Source: the human T2T-CHM13v2.0 reference genome, Homo sapiens
Length of the DNA stretch: 64,000 nt
Strand: one strand, 5' to 3'
Assembly (NCBI RefSeq): GCF_009914755.1
Contig: NC_060947.1
Shown here: in pieces, positions 1 to 16,475 of the stretch
Position numbering within the stretch: position 1 is the first letter of the stretch
Layout of the letters: each line of letters starts with the position of its first letter
Position numbers and translations under genes: made by a program
Notes under the pieces: model-generated
Told to the model about the DNA's origin: nothing
The model's database searches: none
The model's input: the letters and a program-made list of their open reading frames with translations, nothing else

Positions 1-403
1 ATAGACTGCAGCACTGATTGGATGACTTTGGGTAAGTGGCAGGGGAGCAGGCTAAAGGATGGGATTGGGTTAGAGGCCCAACTTAGGGGAGTTATAGTCT
101 CTCCTAAGACAGAGTGGATTAGAGGCCCCTCTTAATAAAAGGCAAGGACACTTGACTGACCTTGGGTTACAGGCCCAACTTAGGAGGGTTAGAGTCCCTT
201 CTAAGATTTAGGGAGTTAGAGGCCCCTCTTGGTAAAGTCCCTCTCAGCTAAGAACAGGTTCGGCACTATAGGATGTTAACTGCTATTCTCTTTGGATTAA
301 TCTGCCTTGCACTCTTTGCTGATGGCTGTAGATGACAGGATTAGGCATGTGCAGGATTAAGGGACATGGGGAGCTTTTTCCTCCTCCAAAAGGGGAAACT
401 TGA

Positions 404-881
<478 letters not shown>

Positions 882-2247
882 CCCTTTCTTATCTTTTCTA
901 TTATTCAGGGTGACCATCTTGCCCAGAGACCACGTGTTGAAACTCCAAGTCAGAGGTTGGATTAAAGATGATGGAGCCCATCTGGGGGCAAATTTAAGCC
1001 TTGCCAGTTTGATATTGGGTGCTAAGCAGAGTGGCTAATGTCTATGTTCTATCACATGTAGTTTGCTCCAGCCAGAATGAAAAAAAATAATTTTCCTTTA
1101 TGATGCAGCTTGGCCCCCAGGGCGATGGTGCCACAAGCCGGATCACTAGGGCCGCTCAGGGAAAGGGAACCCAGAAGCCTGGCATGCCGACAAAAGGGTA
1201 AGAATTTCTTACCAGTCAGATTTCTGGCTTCTCTTTCTCTGTGTAAATGGTTGAATGAATTAAAGAAACAAGCTAGTGTTTATCTCCTCTGTAAAGTTTT
1301 GATTAATGTGAAAAAGAATTCTAAGACTAGTCTTAAGCTGGTGTGTTTTGTGCTATGAATTCGTTTTTCTGTGTCGAGGGATACTTCAGGATAAAACATG
1401 GGCTTAGAACACCTGTAAACCTGTTTTTCAAGATGATCCAGAAAGCTGGTCAGTAACTACCTTGGCTGCGGGTCCCTGAAACAAACAAACAAAAAACCCA
1501 GATTAAGTATTCACGTTGTTTTATGTCCTTGGGAGCTTGACCTTTTAACCACGTGGCCATACTTTTGTTTGGTCTCCACATTCAGGGACCAGGAATTTTA
1601 GGTTCATGTCATAGTTAGCTCTAAAAACCATATTGAATAGTTAAAAGCCTTTGCAAGCTCAAAATTAACTGCTCTAGACTCCTTCTGGGAAAGAAGCTGA
1701 AGACTACTGTGAGCTGTAGCTCACTAGCTAAGGTATGGGACTTTCGCAGTGGTGGTCCGAGTTCGTATTCCTCACCTAGGAAGTAAGTCGTTTCTGGTTT
1801 AATGTTGTGTAAGTTTGTCAATTATGTTCTCCTCCATGGACTGTCTTAAATTTTCCTTTCTCTAAGCACCTGGGAGAAATTCAAAAACCAGAAATATTGG
1901 CGGTTTGGCATAAGAAATACTAAAAGGACTTTATCAAAACGTGCTAAAAGCAGATGTTCAAGCTCTAACAGCCAAGACTCCTTGGGAAAAACAGGAGGCA
2001 CCAGAGACCCCTTTCCTGGCCCTGTTCTTCCAAGGGCTACACGCTAAAGCCAGTAATCCAATTAAGAAACTTAAAAACTGGCAAATGAAAAACCTTACAA
2101 CTACTGTAGTAATCGTCTTCTGTCTTTCTGTGTAGCTATATAAGTGTTGTGTGTAATGTTTATATAAAAGAGCTCTAACTAATTGACTTAAACAAAAATA
2201 AGCACTTAAATAAAATATTTTAAAAGCAAAATAGAAAGTGTAATGCC

Positions 2248-6080
<3,833 letters not shown>

Positions 6081-6573
6081 AAAGTGTAATGCCTTTTAGT
6101 TTATGTAACTTTAGTAATCTTCGGGAAATAAAAGCAGCTTTAAAAATTATTGGTAAAATAAAAACCTTTAATGTAAATTATGCATGTCAGATATTAAGTT
6201 CGTTAAATGCTTTAAGGTCCTAAACTGCTTCTTTAACTTTTAATAATTGTTCAACTTACCTACCTGAAAGCCATTAGATTCTAGATAAGGCCTCGGGGCA
6301 TGTGGAATTAGCCATGCCCTCTAGCTATACAAAGAAGATTATAAAGAAAGTTATTTTATGTGAGAAAAGATCTTGTATGGTAAATTCTTGTCCTAAAGTA
6401 AAATGACTGGTTGTTTAAAAGGAGGGATGTTTGGAGCAAGTCAGAATGTCCGAAAATGTCTCAGATGGTCTATGTAAGTCGTGAAAGGATTTGTGAAAGG
6501 GAATTTATGCAGAAATGTAAAATTCAAAGGTTGTTAGGCCTCGTAAATGCTTCAAAAAATGCCACTGTGGCTC

Positions 6574-6938
6574 CTTTTTTTTTGAGAGGGAGTTTTGCTC
6601 TCGTCACCCAGGCTAGAATGCAATGGCATGATCTTGGCTGACTGTGGCCTCCACCTCCCGAGTTCAGGCAATTCTCCTGCCTCAGCCTCCCAAGTAGCTA
6701 GGATTAAAGGCTCACTGTGGCCTCCGCCTCCTGGGTTTGGGCGATTCTCCTACCTCAGCCTCCCAAGTAGCTGGGATTACAGGCACTGGCCACCACACCA
6801 GGCTAATTTTTGTATTTTTAGTAGAGACGGGGTTTCAGCATGTTGGCCAGGCTGATCTTGAGCTCCTGACCTCAGGTGATCAGCCTGCCTCAGCCTCCCA
6901 AAGTGCTGAGATTACAGCTGTGAGCCACTGCACCAGGC
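6574..6938 (-). mobile_element. Alu (AluS-type) with an internal 73-bp tandem duplication
   Basis: Antisense Alu. The segment GGCT(G/C)ACTGTGGCCTCC...GGATTA occurs twice, at 6636-6708 and 6709-6781. Confidence 0.9.
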
Positions 6939-7629
6939 AGACTCTTACTCTAGGACTTGCCAGCTTAAGTAGGGTAAGGCCTGGGGACATGTGGATTTAG
7001 CCACATCCCCTAGCTATGCTGGAGACCCAGCTTTTATCTGCTCTTCTGCCTGGTGTGTCCTAGGCTAGGCTCCACACCTAGTACATAATTAAAATGTCAA
7101 ATTGACCAAGGTTTTTACCAAAAATAGAAGTTGCTAAGAGTTAACATTGTAACATATAGTTGAGACTACTGAAGAAACAATTTTACATGCAAGGTGTGTA
7201 AAGAAAGTAAAATGTGATTTTGGTGAAAGATTGTAAGAAGTCATGGGAATGTGGAATTTTTTCTGCCTAAAGTGTTAAAGGATTGTTTTAAGTAAGAAAA
7301 AAGTCTAAAGATTTAAACAAGTTGTGGAAGGTTTATAAAAATTAATTTTAAGGGATTCTGTGTGTGAATATATTGGCTAAAGTTAAAGGGGTATTATTCA
7401 GTTTTTCTGTAAATTAAACATTGCAATAAAAGTACAACAGGTTTTTCTTAGAGTACTGATCTGCTCTTTCACAAAAAAATGTAAAGGGTTATAAAAAGGT
7501 TTATAAGAATCTTACCTTATGGTTAAACATTGAAATTGGGAAAATATGTCTATAAGGTTTTATTAAAAATTGAATTTAACGTTACTAGTACATTAACGTA
7601 AAGGTGAAATTTGGCTTATTTGGTATATA

Positions 7630-7811
7630 TCAATTTACCCACCTCAAAGCCATTAGATTCTAGATAAGGTCTCGGGACATGTGGAATTAGCCATGCCCTC
7701 TAGCTATACAAAGAAGATTATAAAGAAAGTTATTTTATATGAGAAAGGATCTTGTATGGTAAATTCTTGTCCTAAAGTAAAATGACTGGTTGTTTAAAAG
7801 GAGGGATGTTT
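7630..7811 (+). repeat. ~180-bp direct copy of 6251-6432
   Basis: AAAGCCATTAGATTCTAGATAAGG ... GTTTAAAAGGAGGGATGTTT occurs at both places (offset 1379) with few mismatches. Confidence 0.93.
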
Positions 7812-9582
7812 TTATTTTATATTTTATACAAATGTTTTTATTTTATATTCATACATGAAGCATTATCAAATGTGAAATAGTGTTTTGCTTTCTTTGGACT
7901 AAATTTGTATAAATGTGTTATTGGTATATGTTCCAAAGTTATGGGAAACCCCTATAATTCTAATATGACTTAGTGTATGTTATTAATAATTACAGTTGTT
8001 ACATAAAATCACTGTATGCCACAGAGGTAACAAATTCCCTTATCAATTGTGGCTTTACTAGTGGCTGTCCTAAAACTTTTTATTAGCCACAGAAAATTGT
8101 TGTCTTGTTTTAATTTTCTTTAGAAGGTGGTTTATAATCCACTATAGAACTCTAGCAGGTGTTCTTAAATGCAGCTTTCTGATAACTTCGGAAATTGTAA
8201 CATTAAAATACAGGAAACAACTTTCAGAATTCTCATGAAGAGCTAAAATGTTCATGAATATCAAGCAAAACCAAAACAGGAGTTAACTAAATTCACTGAA
8301 CCAATAAAAAGCTGAAGTAATATTTTAACTTTGCTTAAAATGCTGCTGATCCTTTGTTTTGTTTTTCAGAGTCAAGGAAACTTTTCTTTTGAGCTACTTA
8401 CAGCTTTTAGAAGTTGAGTAAAATATACTCCTGCGAACAAAATTTGGGGCATATTTGTTTCTCTCTACCTGATTTTGCCAGAATTTGGAAACTAGTTGTG
8501 AGTATTCTTAACTTATGGCAGTATAGTTATTTGCATAAGTACAGTAAGAATCTGTTTTCTTTTGTAACAGGACACAGTTGGAGAAATTGATTATTTTATC
8601 AAGGCTTTCACTGGAATGGTGTGTTTTCCTTTGGAGAATTAAACTTGACTTATAGAGCCAATAAAAGCCCCATGGGGAACTGGCCTCATACCTTGCCTAC
8701 AACAGTCCCTGTGCAGGGTTTCTGACTGGTGGTGAGTAAAGAATGTCACTTTCTGACAGGTCCAGAAGCCCAAAGTTATCTTGGGACCTCAGGAGGAAAA
8801 AATTACCCAACTCATAGGTATTTAAGGGTAGAAACCCATGGTTGGGCTCGGCTTTAAAAAAGTCTTATCTGAAATTCCTATGGAACAGAGTTCCATCAAT
8901 GCCAATTTAAAAAGAGCTTATGTGAAAAATAATTATTCTTGTTGCACTTTATACAAATAATCATGCCAAGTATAATAAAGCAAATCTGTCTTACCATGAT
9001 TTGTCTTTAGTAAAAATGAGAAACTGGAGAGAGAAATATTATGTTTCAAAAGCTATGTTATACTTATTAGATTCTAGTCTCATCAGTTGTTATTAAGTTT
9101 ATTTCTGCAATTTAGGGTAACCCTACTTATTCCTGTGAACCAACCAGTGATCTCTGACTGTTGCTCAGCAGAAACAAGAGGGATGGGTAATGTAAAAATC
9201 TGGATCAGTATTCTAATTCTGGGTACATTGCAATCAGCTAACAACCCCATACCAGCTTAGTTCCAACAGTTGCCCAGTTCATGAAAAGCCTTCTAATTTA
9301 GTGTACTTGGAATAACTTTACTTATTTTGCTTTACTCCTGTGGAATATATTGCTGGTATATTCTTTGTGTAGGAATACAGGACAAGCTTACTGAATGTTT
9401 TCTTAAACACCTATTAATCTTCCAAATATTACCTTTTGTCAAAACTCAAGAGTTATGAATGGATCTTACCATACTGAAGCTTTCTGACTGAGCTCCTCTC
9501 TACCTTGAATGCAAGAAACGCTCATAGTTAGGTAGGAATATCATAGCCCCTATTCATCCTGAAGTTACAGAAGATGAATCTC

Positions 9583-10048
9583 CATCAGCAGTGTGTGAAC
9601 CAGAGCAACTGCATTTTAAATAGGAGCTGGGTGAAATGAGGCTGAAACTTACTAGGCTGCATTCCCAGACAGTTAAGGCATTCTAAGTCACAGGATGAGA
9701 TAGGAAGTCAGCACAAAATACAGGTCATAAATACCTTGCTGATAAAACAGGTTGCAGTTAAGGAGTCAGCCAAAACCCACCAAAACCAAAATGGCAATGA
9801 GAGTGACATCTGGTCGTCCTCACTGCTACATTCCCATTGGCACCATGATAGTTTACAAATGCCATGGCAATGTCAGGAAGTTACCCTATATGGTCTAAAA
9901 AGGGGAGGCATGAATAATCCACCCCTTGTTTAGCATATCAACAAGAAATAACCATAAAAATGGGCAACAGCAGCCCTTGAGGCTGCGCTGTCTATGGAGT
10001 AGCCATTCTTTTATTCCTTTACTTTGTTAATAAACTTGCTTTCACTTT
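9583..10048 (+). mobile_element. MER41A-type 3' LTR, ending just after the poly(A) signal
   Basis: GAACCAGAGCAACT...GGCTGCATTCCCAGACAGTTAAGGCATTCTAAGTCACAGGATGAGATAGG...AAAAAGGGGAGGCATGAATAATCC matches MER41A as recalled. AATAAA at 10029-10034. U5 absent. Confidence 0.88.
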
Positions 10049-10257
10049 GAAAAAAACAAACAAACACAAGTGCAGAAACATACATGCATGAGTACAACCA
10101 TTAATTAGAAGAAAATAATCTTACATATTTAACATTATTACCATTTCTGGTGCTCTTAATTCCTTTGTTTAGATCAAAATTTCCACCTGTTTTTATTTTC
10201 CTTCTATAAGAAGGATGTCTCTTAACATTTCTTGTAATGTGATGTACTGGGCACTGT

Positions 10258-10433
10258 TCTTTTTTGTTTTTCTTTTTTATTTTACTTTAAGTTCTGGCAT
10301 ACATGTGCAAAATGTGCAGATTTGTTACATAGGTATACATATGCCATGGTAGTTTGCTGCACCTATCAACCCATCATCTCGGCTTTAGGTTCCGCATGCA
10401 TTAAGTATTTGTCCTAATGCTCTCCCTCCCCTT
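10258..10433 (-). mobile_element. L1PA7/8-like extreme 3' end with poly(A) remnant
   Basis: T-rich tract, then TTTACTTTAAGTTCTGGCATACATGTGCA...TCCTAATGCTCTCCCTCCCCTT; homologous to 26750-26902. Confidence 0.88.
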
Positions 10434-11718
10434 GGATGAGGTTTTTGTGCGGGGGTCCTTTTTGTTGGTGTTGATGTTATTGCCTTCTGTTTGTTAGCTT
10501 TTCTTCTAACAGTCAGGCCCCTCTTCTGCAGGTCTGCTGCAGTTTTCTGGAGGTCCGCTCAAGACCCTATTTACCTGGGTATCACCAGCAGAGGCTGCAG
10601 AACAGCAAAGACTGCTGCCTGCTCCTTCCTCTGGAAGCTTTGTCCCAGAGGGGCAGCGGCCTGATGCCAGCCAGAGCACTCCTGTATGAGATGTCTGTCC
10701 ACCCCTGCTGGGAGGTCTCTGCCAGTTAGGAGGCAGGGGGTTCAGGGACCCACTTGAGGAGGCAGTCTGTCCCTTAGCAGAGCTCGAGCGCTGCACTGGA
10801 AAAACCTTTTCAGGATGCACTGCTCTCTTCAGAGCCAGCAGGCAAGAACATTTAAGTCCGCTGAAGCTGTGCCCACAGCCGCCCCTTCCCCCAGGTGCTC
10901 TGTCCCAGGGAGATGAGAGTTTTATCTATAAGACCCTGACTGAGGCTGTTGACTTTCTTTCACAGATGCCCTGCCCAGTGAGGAAGAATCTAGAGAGGCA
11001 GTCTGGCCACAGCTGCTTTGCTGCCCTGTGGTGAGTTACACCCAGTCCGAACTTCCCAGCCTCCTTAACACTGTCAGTGGACGCCCCTTGCCCCACCAAG
11101 CTCCATCATCCCAGATTGACTTCAGACTGCTGTGCTAGCAGTGACAAATTCAAGCCAGTGTTTCATAGCTTGCTGGGCTCCGTGGGTGTGGGACCCGCTG
11201 AGTGACAGTGACACTACTTGGCTCCCTGGCTTCAGACCCCTTTCCAGGGTAGTGAAGGGTTCTGTCACACGGGTTCCAGGTGCCACTGGGGTATGAAATT
11301 AAAATAAATAAATAAATAAATAAAACTCCTGCAGCTAGCTCAGTGTCTGCCCAAACAGCCACTCAGTTTTGTGCTTGAAACCCAGGGCCCTGCTGGTGTT
11401 GGCACATGAGGGAATCTCCTGGTCTGTGGATTGCAAAAACTGTGGGAGAAGCATAGTATCTGGACCATATAGCACAGTCCCTCATGGCTTCCCTTGGCTG
11501 GGGGAGGAAGAACCCCAGCTCCTTGCACTTTCTGGGTGAGGCGATGCCCCACCCTGCTTCTGCTCACCCTCCAAGGGCTGCACCCACTGCCTAACCGGTC
11601 TCAATGAGATGAACTGGGTACCTCAGATGGAAATGCAGAAGTCCCCTGCCTTCTGCGTTAGTCTCACTGGGAGCTGCAGACTGCAGCTGTTCTTATTTGG
11701 CCATCTTGCCAGATCCCC
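10434..11718 (-). mobile_element. L1PA8-like 5'UTR
   Basis: Collinear with 38036-39299. Ends TTGGCCATCTTGCC, the reverse complement of the CAAGATGGCC YY1 start. Confidence 0.9.
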
Positions 11719-11728
11719 GCCAACCATC

Positions 11729-12200
11729 CCATATAAATTTGAAAATAGTTTTTTTTCTAAATCTGTGAAGAATGTCATTGGTGGTTTAATAGGAATATCA
11801 TTGAATCTATAAATTGCTTTGGTCAGTTTGGCCATTTTGACAATATTGCTTTTCCTATCATGAACATGGAATGTTTTTCCATTTGTTTGTGTCATCTCTA
11901 ATTTATTCGAGCAGTGTTTTTGTAGTTCTCATAGAAGAGATTTTTCTCCTCCCTAGCTAGCTGTATTCCTAGGTATTTTATTCTTTTTTTGGCAATTGTG
12001 AATGGGATTGTGTTTCTGATTTGGCTTTGAGCTTGGAAGGTTGTTGGTGTATAGAAATGCTCCTGGTTTTTGTACATTAATTTTGTATCCTGAAACTTTC
12101 TTGAAGTTGTTTATCAGATCAAGGAGCTTTCGGGCAGAGAGTCTGGGATTGTCTAGGTATAGAACCATATTGTTTGCAAACAGAGATTGTTTGACTTCTA
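11729..12200 (-). mobile_element. L1 ORF2 fragment
   Basis: Translations [15 protein letters not shown]...[11 protein letters not shown] and [22 protein letters not shown]. Confidence 0.85.
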
Positions 12201-13109
12201 TGAAAAATGTAGTGGAGTGAAAGCAAACACCTGTCAGCAATGGAATAGAACAATAAAAATGCCCAAGAATAAATTTAATTTGAATGTGAAGAACTAATAT
12301 GAAGTAAATAACAATCATTGAGAGGGATACATAAAAAGACTTGAGGAATTGAGTAGTGGCTTTTTCTTGGATAGAGAGATTCTAAAATAGAAAGATGGTT
12401 ATTGTCCCTAAGATGTAATTTAAAAATAATAACTAGTATCGCAACAGGAATATTTTAGCACCTGATCAAATGATTCTGAAGTTCATCTGAAAGACAAACG
12501 TGTCAGAATAGACAGAAAAAGAGAAAGGAATGAGGGAGGGCAAGCATTATTTCACATTTCAAATGGAATCAAGCTACAGCAATTAAAAAAGTGCGGTAGT
12601 GGTATGGTTATAAACAACTCAATAGAAGAAAATTAAAAGTAGAGAGTTACATACAAAATTGAGTGGGGATGTAGGTGATGATAAAAGAGCCATTTCAAAA
12701 CACTGAGTGAAACAGGGATTCAACAACTAATGTTGAGTCCCTATCACTTTAATTTTGTCCAGATGGATCAATGATTTTGAATGTACAATAATGCAACTAA
12801 AAACTATGAATGTCTTATTGTATTGGAGTGGGTAAGTTCATTGCAAGCACGACAGCAAACTCGTGAAGGAGGCAAGAAAATGATACATGAAAGCAGATAT
12901 AAAACAGGTATTAAAATATTTAATATTTATTTCTATGATGGTGAGTTTTTCTGAAACACATTCTTCCCTTAGAGTAACCTGGGGCTCATATTCTCCAAAG
13001 CCATTGGAAGTGAAAGAAAGGGTGGGCGGGGGAAAAAGTAAAGTGTTTTGTAAGTTCATTTTTGGTGTCAGGAGAGCTTGTGGTCTAGGTTCTCCACAGA
13101 GGCAGGAAA

Positions 13110-13230
13110 ACTTCAGTCACGTGGTGAATGCCCCACTCAGTGCGCATGCTGCACAGATCTGTTACTGCAGATTTCTGTTGCTACGCATGTCTGTTACGCA
13201 TGCGCCTTGTTGCCTACCTTCTGTCCATGC
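13110..13230 (+). promoter_or_regulatory. Putative germline-type promoter of the PAGE-like gene
   Basis: TCACGTG E-box at 13117-13123. NRF1-like TGCGCATGC at 13141-13149 and ACGCATGCGC at 13196-13205. Directly precedes exon 1 and a GC/CpG-enriched zone (13300-13830) with a second TCACGTGA at 13526-13533. Confidence 0.65.
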
Positions 13231-13306
13231 AGAGCTTTGTGAGAAGAGGTAGTATCTTCATTCTTTCCACCATCTTGATTCTTTCTCTCTGACTGAGGCT
13301 CAGCCG
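13230..13306 (+). pseudogene. PAGE-like exon 1 (non-coding; start approximate)
   Basis: TCTTCATTCTTTCCACCATCTTGATTCTTTCTCTCTGACTGAGGCTCAGCCG resembles PAGE 5'UTRs as recalled. Donor CCG|GTAGGT at 13306/13307. Confidence 0.7.
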
Positions 13307-13986
13307 GTAGGTCCGCAGAGCGGTCTTCCTGGGAATTTAGTTGTGAGTGAATGTGAGGAGGAGCCAGCGGGCTTTGGACAGGTCCTGCGGCACAGTCTTT
13401 GGCTTCTGAGGGAAAGGGGCCTCGCAGTCGTCGTCCGGCTCCTCCCAGGTCGCAATGCTGCTATGGGCCTTGACGTAGTGGCTAGGCTGGAACTAGGGAG
13501 AAAAGTGGGCCGCAGAGGGGAGGGATCACGTGAAGATGGGGCGAGTGCTGGAGGTGCTGTTAGAGGTATCTGAGTCCCGAAAACTGGAACCCTCTGAGAG
13601 AGGACAGTTTCCAGACTCCTCAGTAGGGACGCGGGAAGGGATGGTGAGGTCGGCAAGGAAGGGGCCTGGGAACTAGGAACGCTGTGGGCTGGTGACTGCG
13701 GCCCTGAGGTCTGTAGAGTGCCTGGCAGAGGTGTCCCGTGAGGAACATAAACTTCCCTCTGTGTCGCAACTTCTCACCTCCGCCATGGACGTCATGGGAA
13801 GGAATGGGCGAGGCTGTGCGTTCCAGCAAAACTTGATTTTGGTGGGAGGGGTGTAGGGGGGAAATGGGCCTAGTAAATTAAAGTGGGACGAAAGCAGTAG
13901 TTATTTCAATTCTCTGCCCGTTTTTTCCTAAATGCCTTCATGACGGAGAGTCTAATTGTAAAACCAAAACTCAAAAAAGTCCTCTT

Positions 13987-14426
<440 letters not shown>

Positions 14427-14527
14427 TCAAAATTAAAAAAGTACAAATCACCATTTTGCCATGGAATGTTCATATATATAGCTAAGTTCTTACACACTTT
14501 TTCCAAATAACAATATTCTGTTTTCAG

Positions 14528-14619
14528 TGGGAAATATGAGTGAGCATGTAAGAACAAGATCCCAATCCTCAGAAAGAGGAAATGACTAAGAGTCTTCCCA
14601 GCCAGTTGTATCTGTGATT
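14528..14619 (+). pseudogene. PAGE-like exon 2 (ATG 14536; in-frame TAA 14587-14589)
   Basis: Acceptor TTTTCAG|TGG, donor ATT|GTGAGT. Encodes MSEHVRTRSQSSERGND*ESSQPVVSVI. Confidence 0.93.
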
Positions 14620-14798
14620 GTGAGTCCTTTAACATTTGATGTTTTCTATTAGCACAATTTATTTTAAAAAATATTTTTGGGCTAGTGTACATGCACTGAT
14701 ACAGGTGTTCCATGCTGTTAAAAAATGATGATGGCATCTCATGAAGGAAACTTTGGTTCAGGAATATTATATTCTGGTGTTACCCTGTATGGATATGG

Positions 14799-14926
<128 letters not shown>

Positions 14927-15026
14927 CTGTTGGAAAAATGTCTTTAGATTTATGATTCGATGCACATATGCATTTGTGTATTTATATTATTGACTTTTTA
15001 TTCGCACACACACTTAACACCCTTAG

Positions 15027-15135
15027 GTCCAGCAGCCCACTGAGGAAAAACGTCAAGAAGAGGAGCCACCAACTGAAAATCAGGGTATTGCACCTACTGG
15101 GGAGATCGAAAATGAAGCGGCACCTGCCCTTCAAG
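15027..15135 (+). pseudogene. PAGE-like exon 3 (109 nt)
   Basis: Acceptor CCCTTAG|GTC, donor CAAG|GTGAAG. Encodes VQQPTEEKRQEEEPPTENQGIAPTGEIENEAAPALQ. Confidence 0.93.
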
Positions 15136-15883
15136 GTGAAGGAAGAGTGGAGAATAATGCTTATGGGTGGTGGAGGTATATTTATGCATTATATTTTATG
15201 ACATACCAGTAACAGGAGGACAGAAAACATTAGGAAGGAATCTTAAACATTTCTTACTGCTGCTGTGCGGAGAGGTGGGACAAGGACACATAAAAAGCCA
15301 CAAAACTTTCCTGCCGTTTTGACAGAGGCTTTTTATTGATTGGGTATTTGCATGGTTGCCGTAAACCTTTGAGTGTTTTCCAGAGTTCCTGTATGGTTTG
15401 TTCAGTCATTTTCTGTTTTTGTTTTGTTTTGTTTTGTTTTATGTTTCTGTGGAAGAATGGCAGCTTGCAGCTTCCGAGTCTGCCATCTACGGACATCTCA
15501 TGTATTTTTAAGAAACTTTTTAACACACATTTATTAATGCTTCCTCATGCTGTGTAATATACTAAGTGCTGGAGATGTCAGTGCCAAATTTTTGCCTAAA
15601 GCTCATAGTCTAGTCAGACTGACTCAAACAAATCACTGATTTAATGTGATAAGAATAAGAACAAATGAGTACAAAAGGAACAAGTAAGTTGTCTAGGGCC
15701 AGCCTTGGGAAAGGAAAGCGCAATGTTTGAACATCTCTGCTTTCCTGTTTTCCTGGCAAGAGACTCCTGAAATAATTAGCCTATAGGTTTTTATTTCATA
15801 ATGATGAGGGAATAAATATTATCATTTCCTCGTTCGTAGTTCAGTTTTTAATTTGTAAATTGATGACCTTTTTATCTTTTAAG

Positions 15884-16009
15884 GACCTGATGTGGAAGCT
15901 TTTCAACAGGAACTGGCTCTGCTTAAGATAGAGGATGCACCTGGAGATGGTCCTGATGTCAGGGAGGGGACTCTGCCCACTTTCGATCCCACTAAAGTGC
16001 TGGAAGCAG
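15884..16009 (+). pseudogene. PAGE-like exon 4 (126 nt)
   Basis: Acceptor TTTTAAG|GA, donor GCAG|GTATGT. Encodes GPDVEAFQQELALLKIEDAPGDGPDVREGTLPTFDPTKVLEA. Confidence 0.95.
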
Positions 16010-16180
16010 GTATGTTACTCAATAAGATGGAAACTATAGGGTTTCTATTTTCACAATATTATATTTTATGTGACACAGAGGTAAAATTACTGCTACTTCA
16101 ATATCATACTTCACATCTAAAGATTCTTTGAAGGTAGTTCAGACCCCAAATGGCTGCCTTACACACTATCAGAGATAGAG

Positions 16181-16260
16181 GGCCAGGTGTGGTGGCTCAT
16201 GCTGTTAATTCCAGCACTTTGGGAGGCCGAGGCAGAAGGATCACTTGAGGCCAGGACTTC
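16181..16260 (+). mobile_element. Alu left-monomer/FLAM fragment
   Basis: GGCCAGGTGTGGTGGCTCATGC...GGATCACTTGAGGCCAGGA. Confidence 0.8.
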
Positions 16261-16329
16261 TAGAGATGGAGAAAAATTGGGTCAAAGCTAATTGGATTAT
16301 GATATGAAAGATATGAAACATGATAAGGG

Positions 16330-16475
16330 AGTAGATTTTGAGTGTCTTCACAGCTATGTGAAGTAATGCATATGTTAATTAGGTTGATGTAGCCATTTCA
16401 CAATGTGTATATATATTTTAAAGCATCATGTTATACATCATAAATATATATTATTTTATGTGTGATTTTTAAAAG
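16330..16475 (+). mobile_element. L1MA-type 3' end fragment
   Basis: TATGTGAAGTAATGCATATGTTAATTAGGTTGATGTAGCCATTTCACAATGTGTAT is typical of L1MA 3' ends. Confidence 0.65.

Noticed and set aside
9860-9925. MER41 as an interferon-inducible STAT1 enhancer
   Set aside because: AAAAAGGGGAGG runs straight into CATGAATAATCC, the MER41A form that lacks the tandem GAS motifs of MER41B.
10425-10445. Spliced L1 (SpIRE) origin of the 5'UTR-3'UTR fusion
   Set aside because: The acceptor side is G-rich with no pyrimidine tract, the junction is one base off a clean AG|GT splice, and no TSD was found. Microhomology deletion is simpler.
13455-13504. Region resembling the N-terminal extension of the long PAGE5 isoform
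   Set aside because: The ATG at 13455 meets TAG at codon 8, and it could not bypass the exon 2 stop anyway. The homology is from recall only.
15892-16131. 79-aa ORF as a stand-alone gene
   Set aside because: It is exon 4 read from a GTG through the donor site into the intron.
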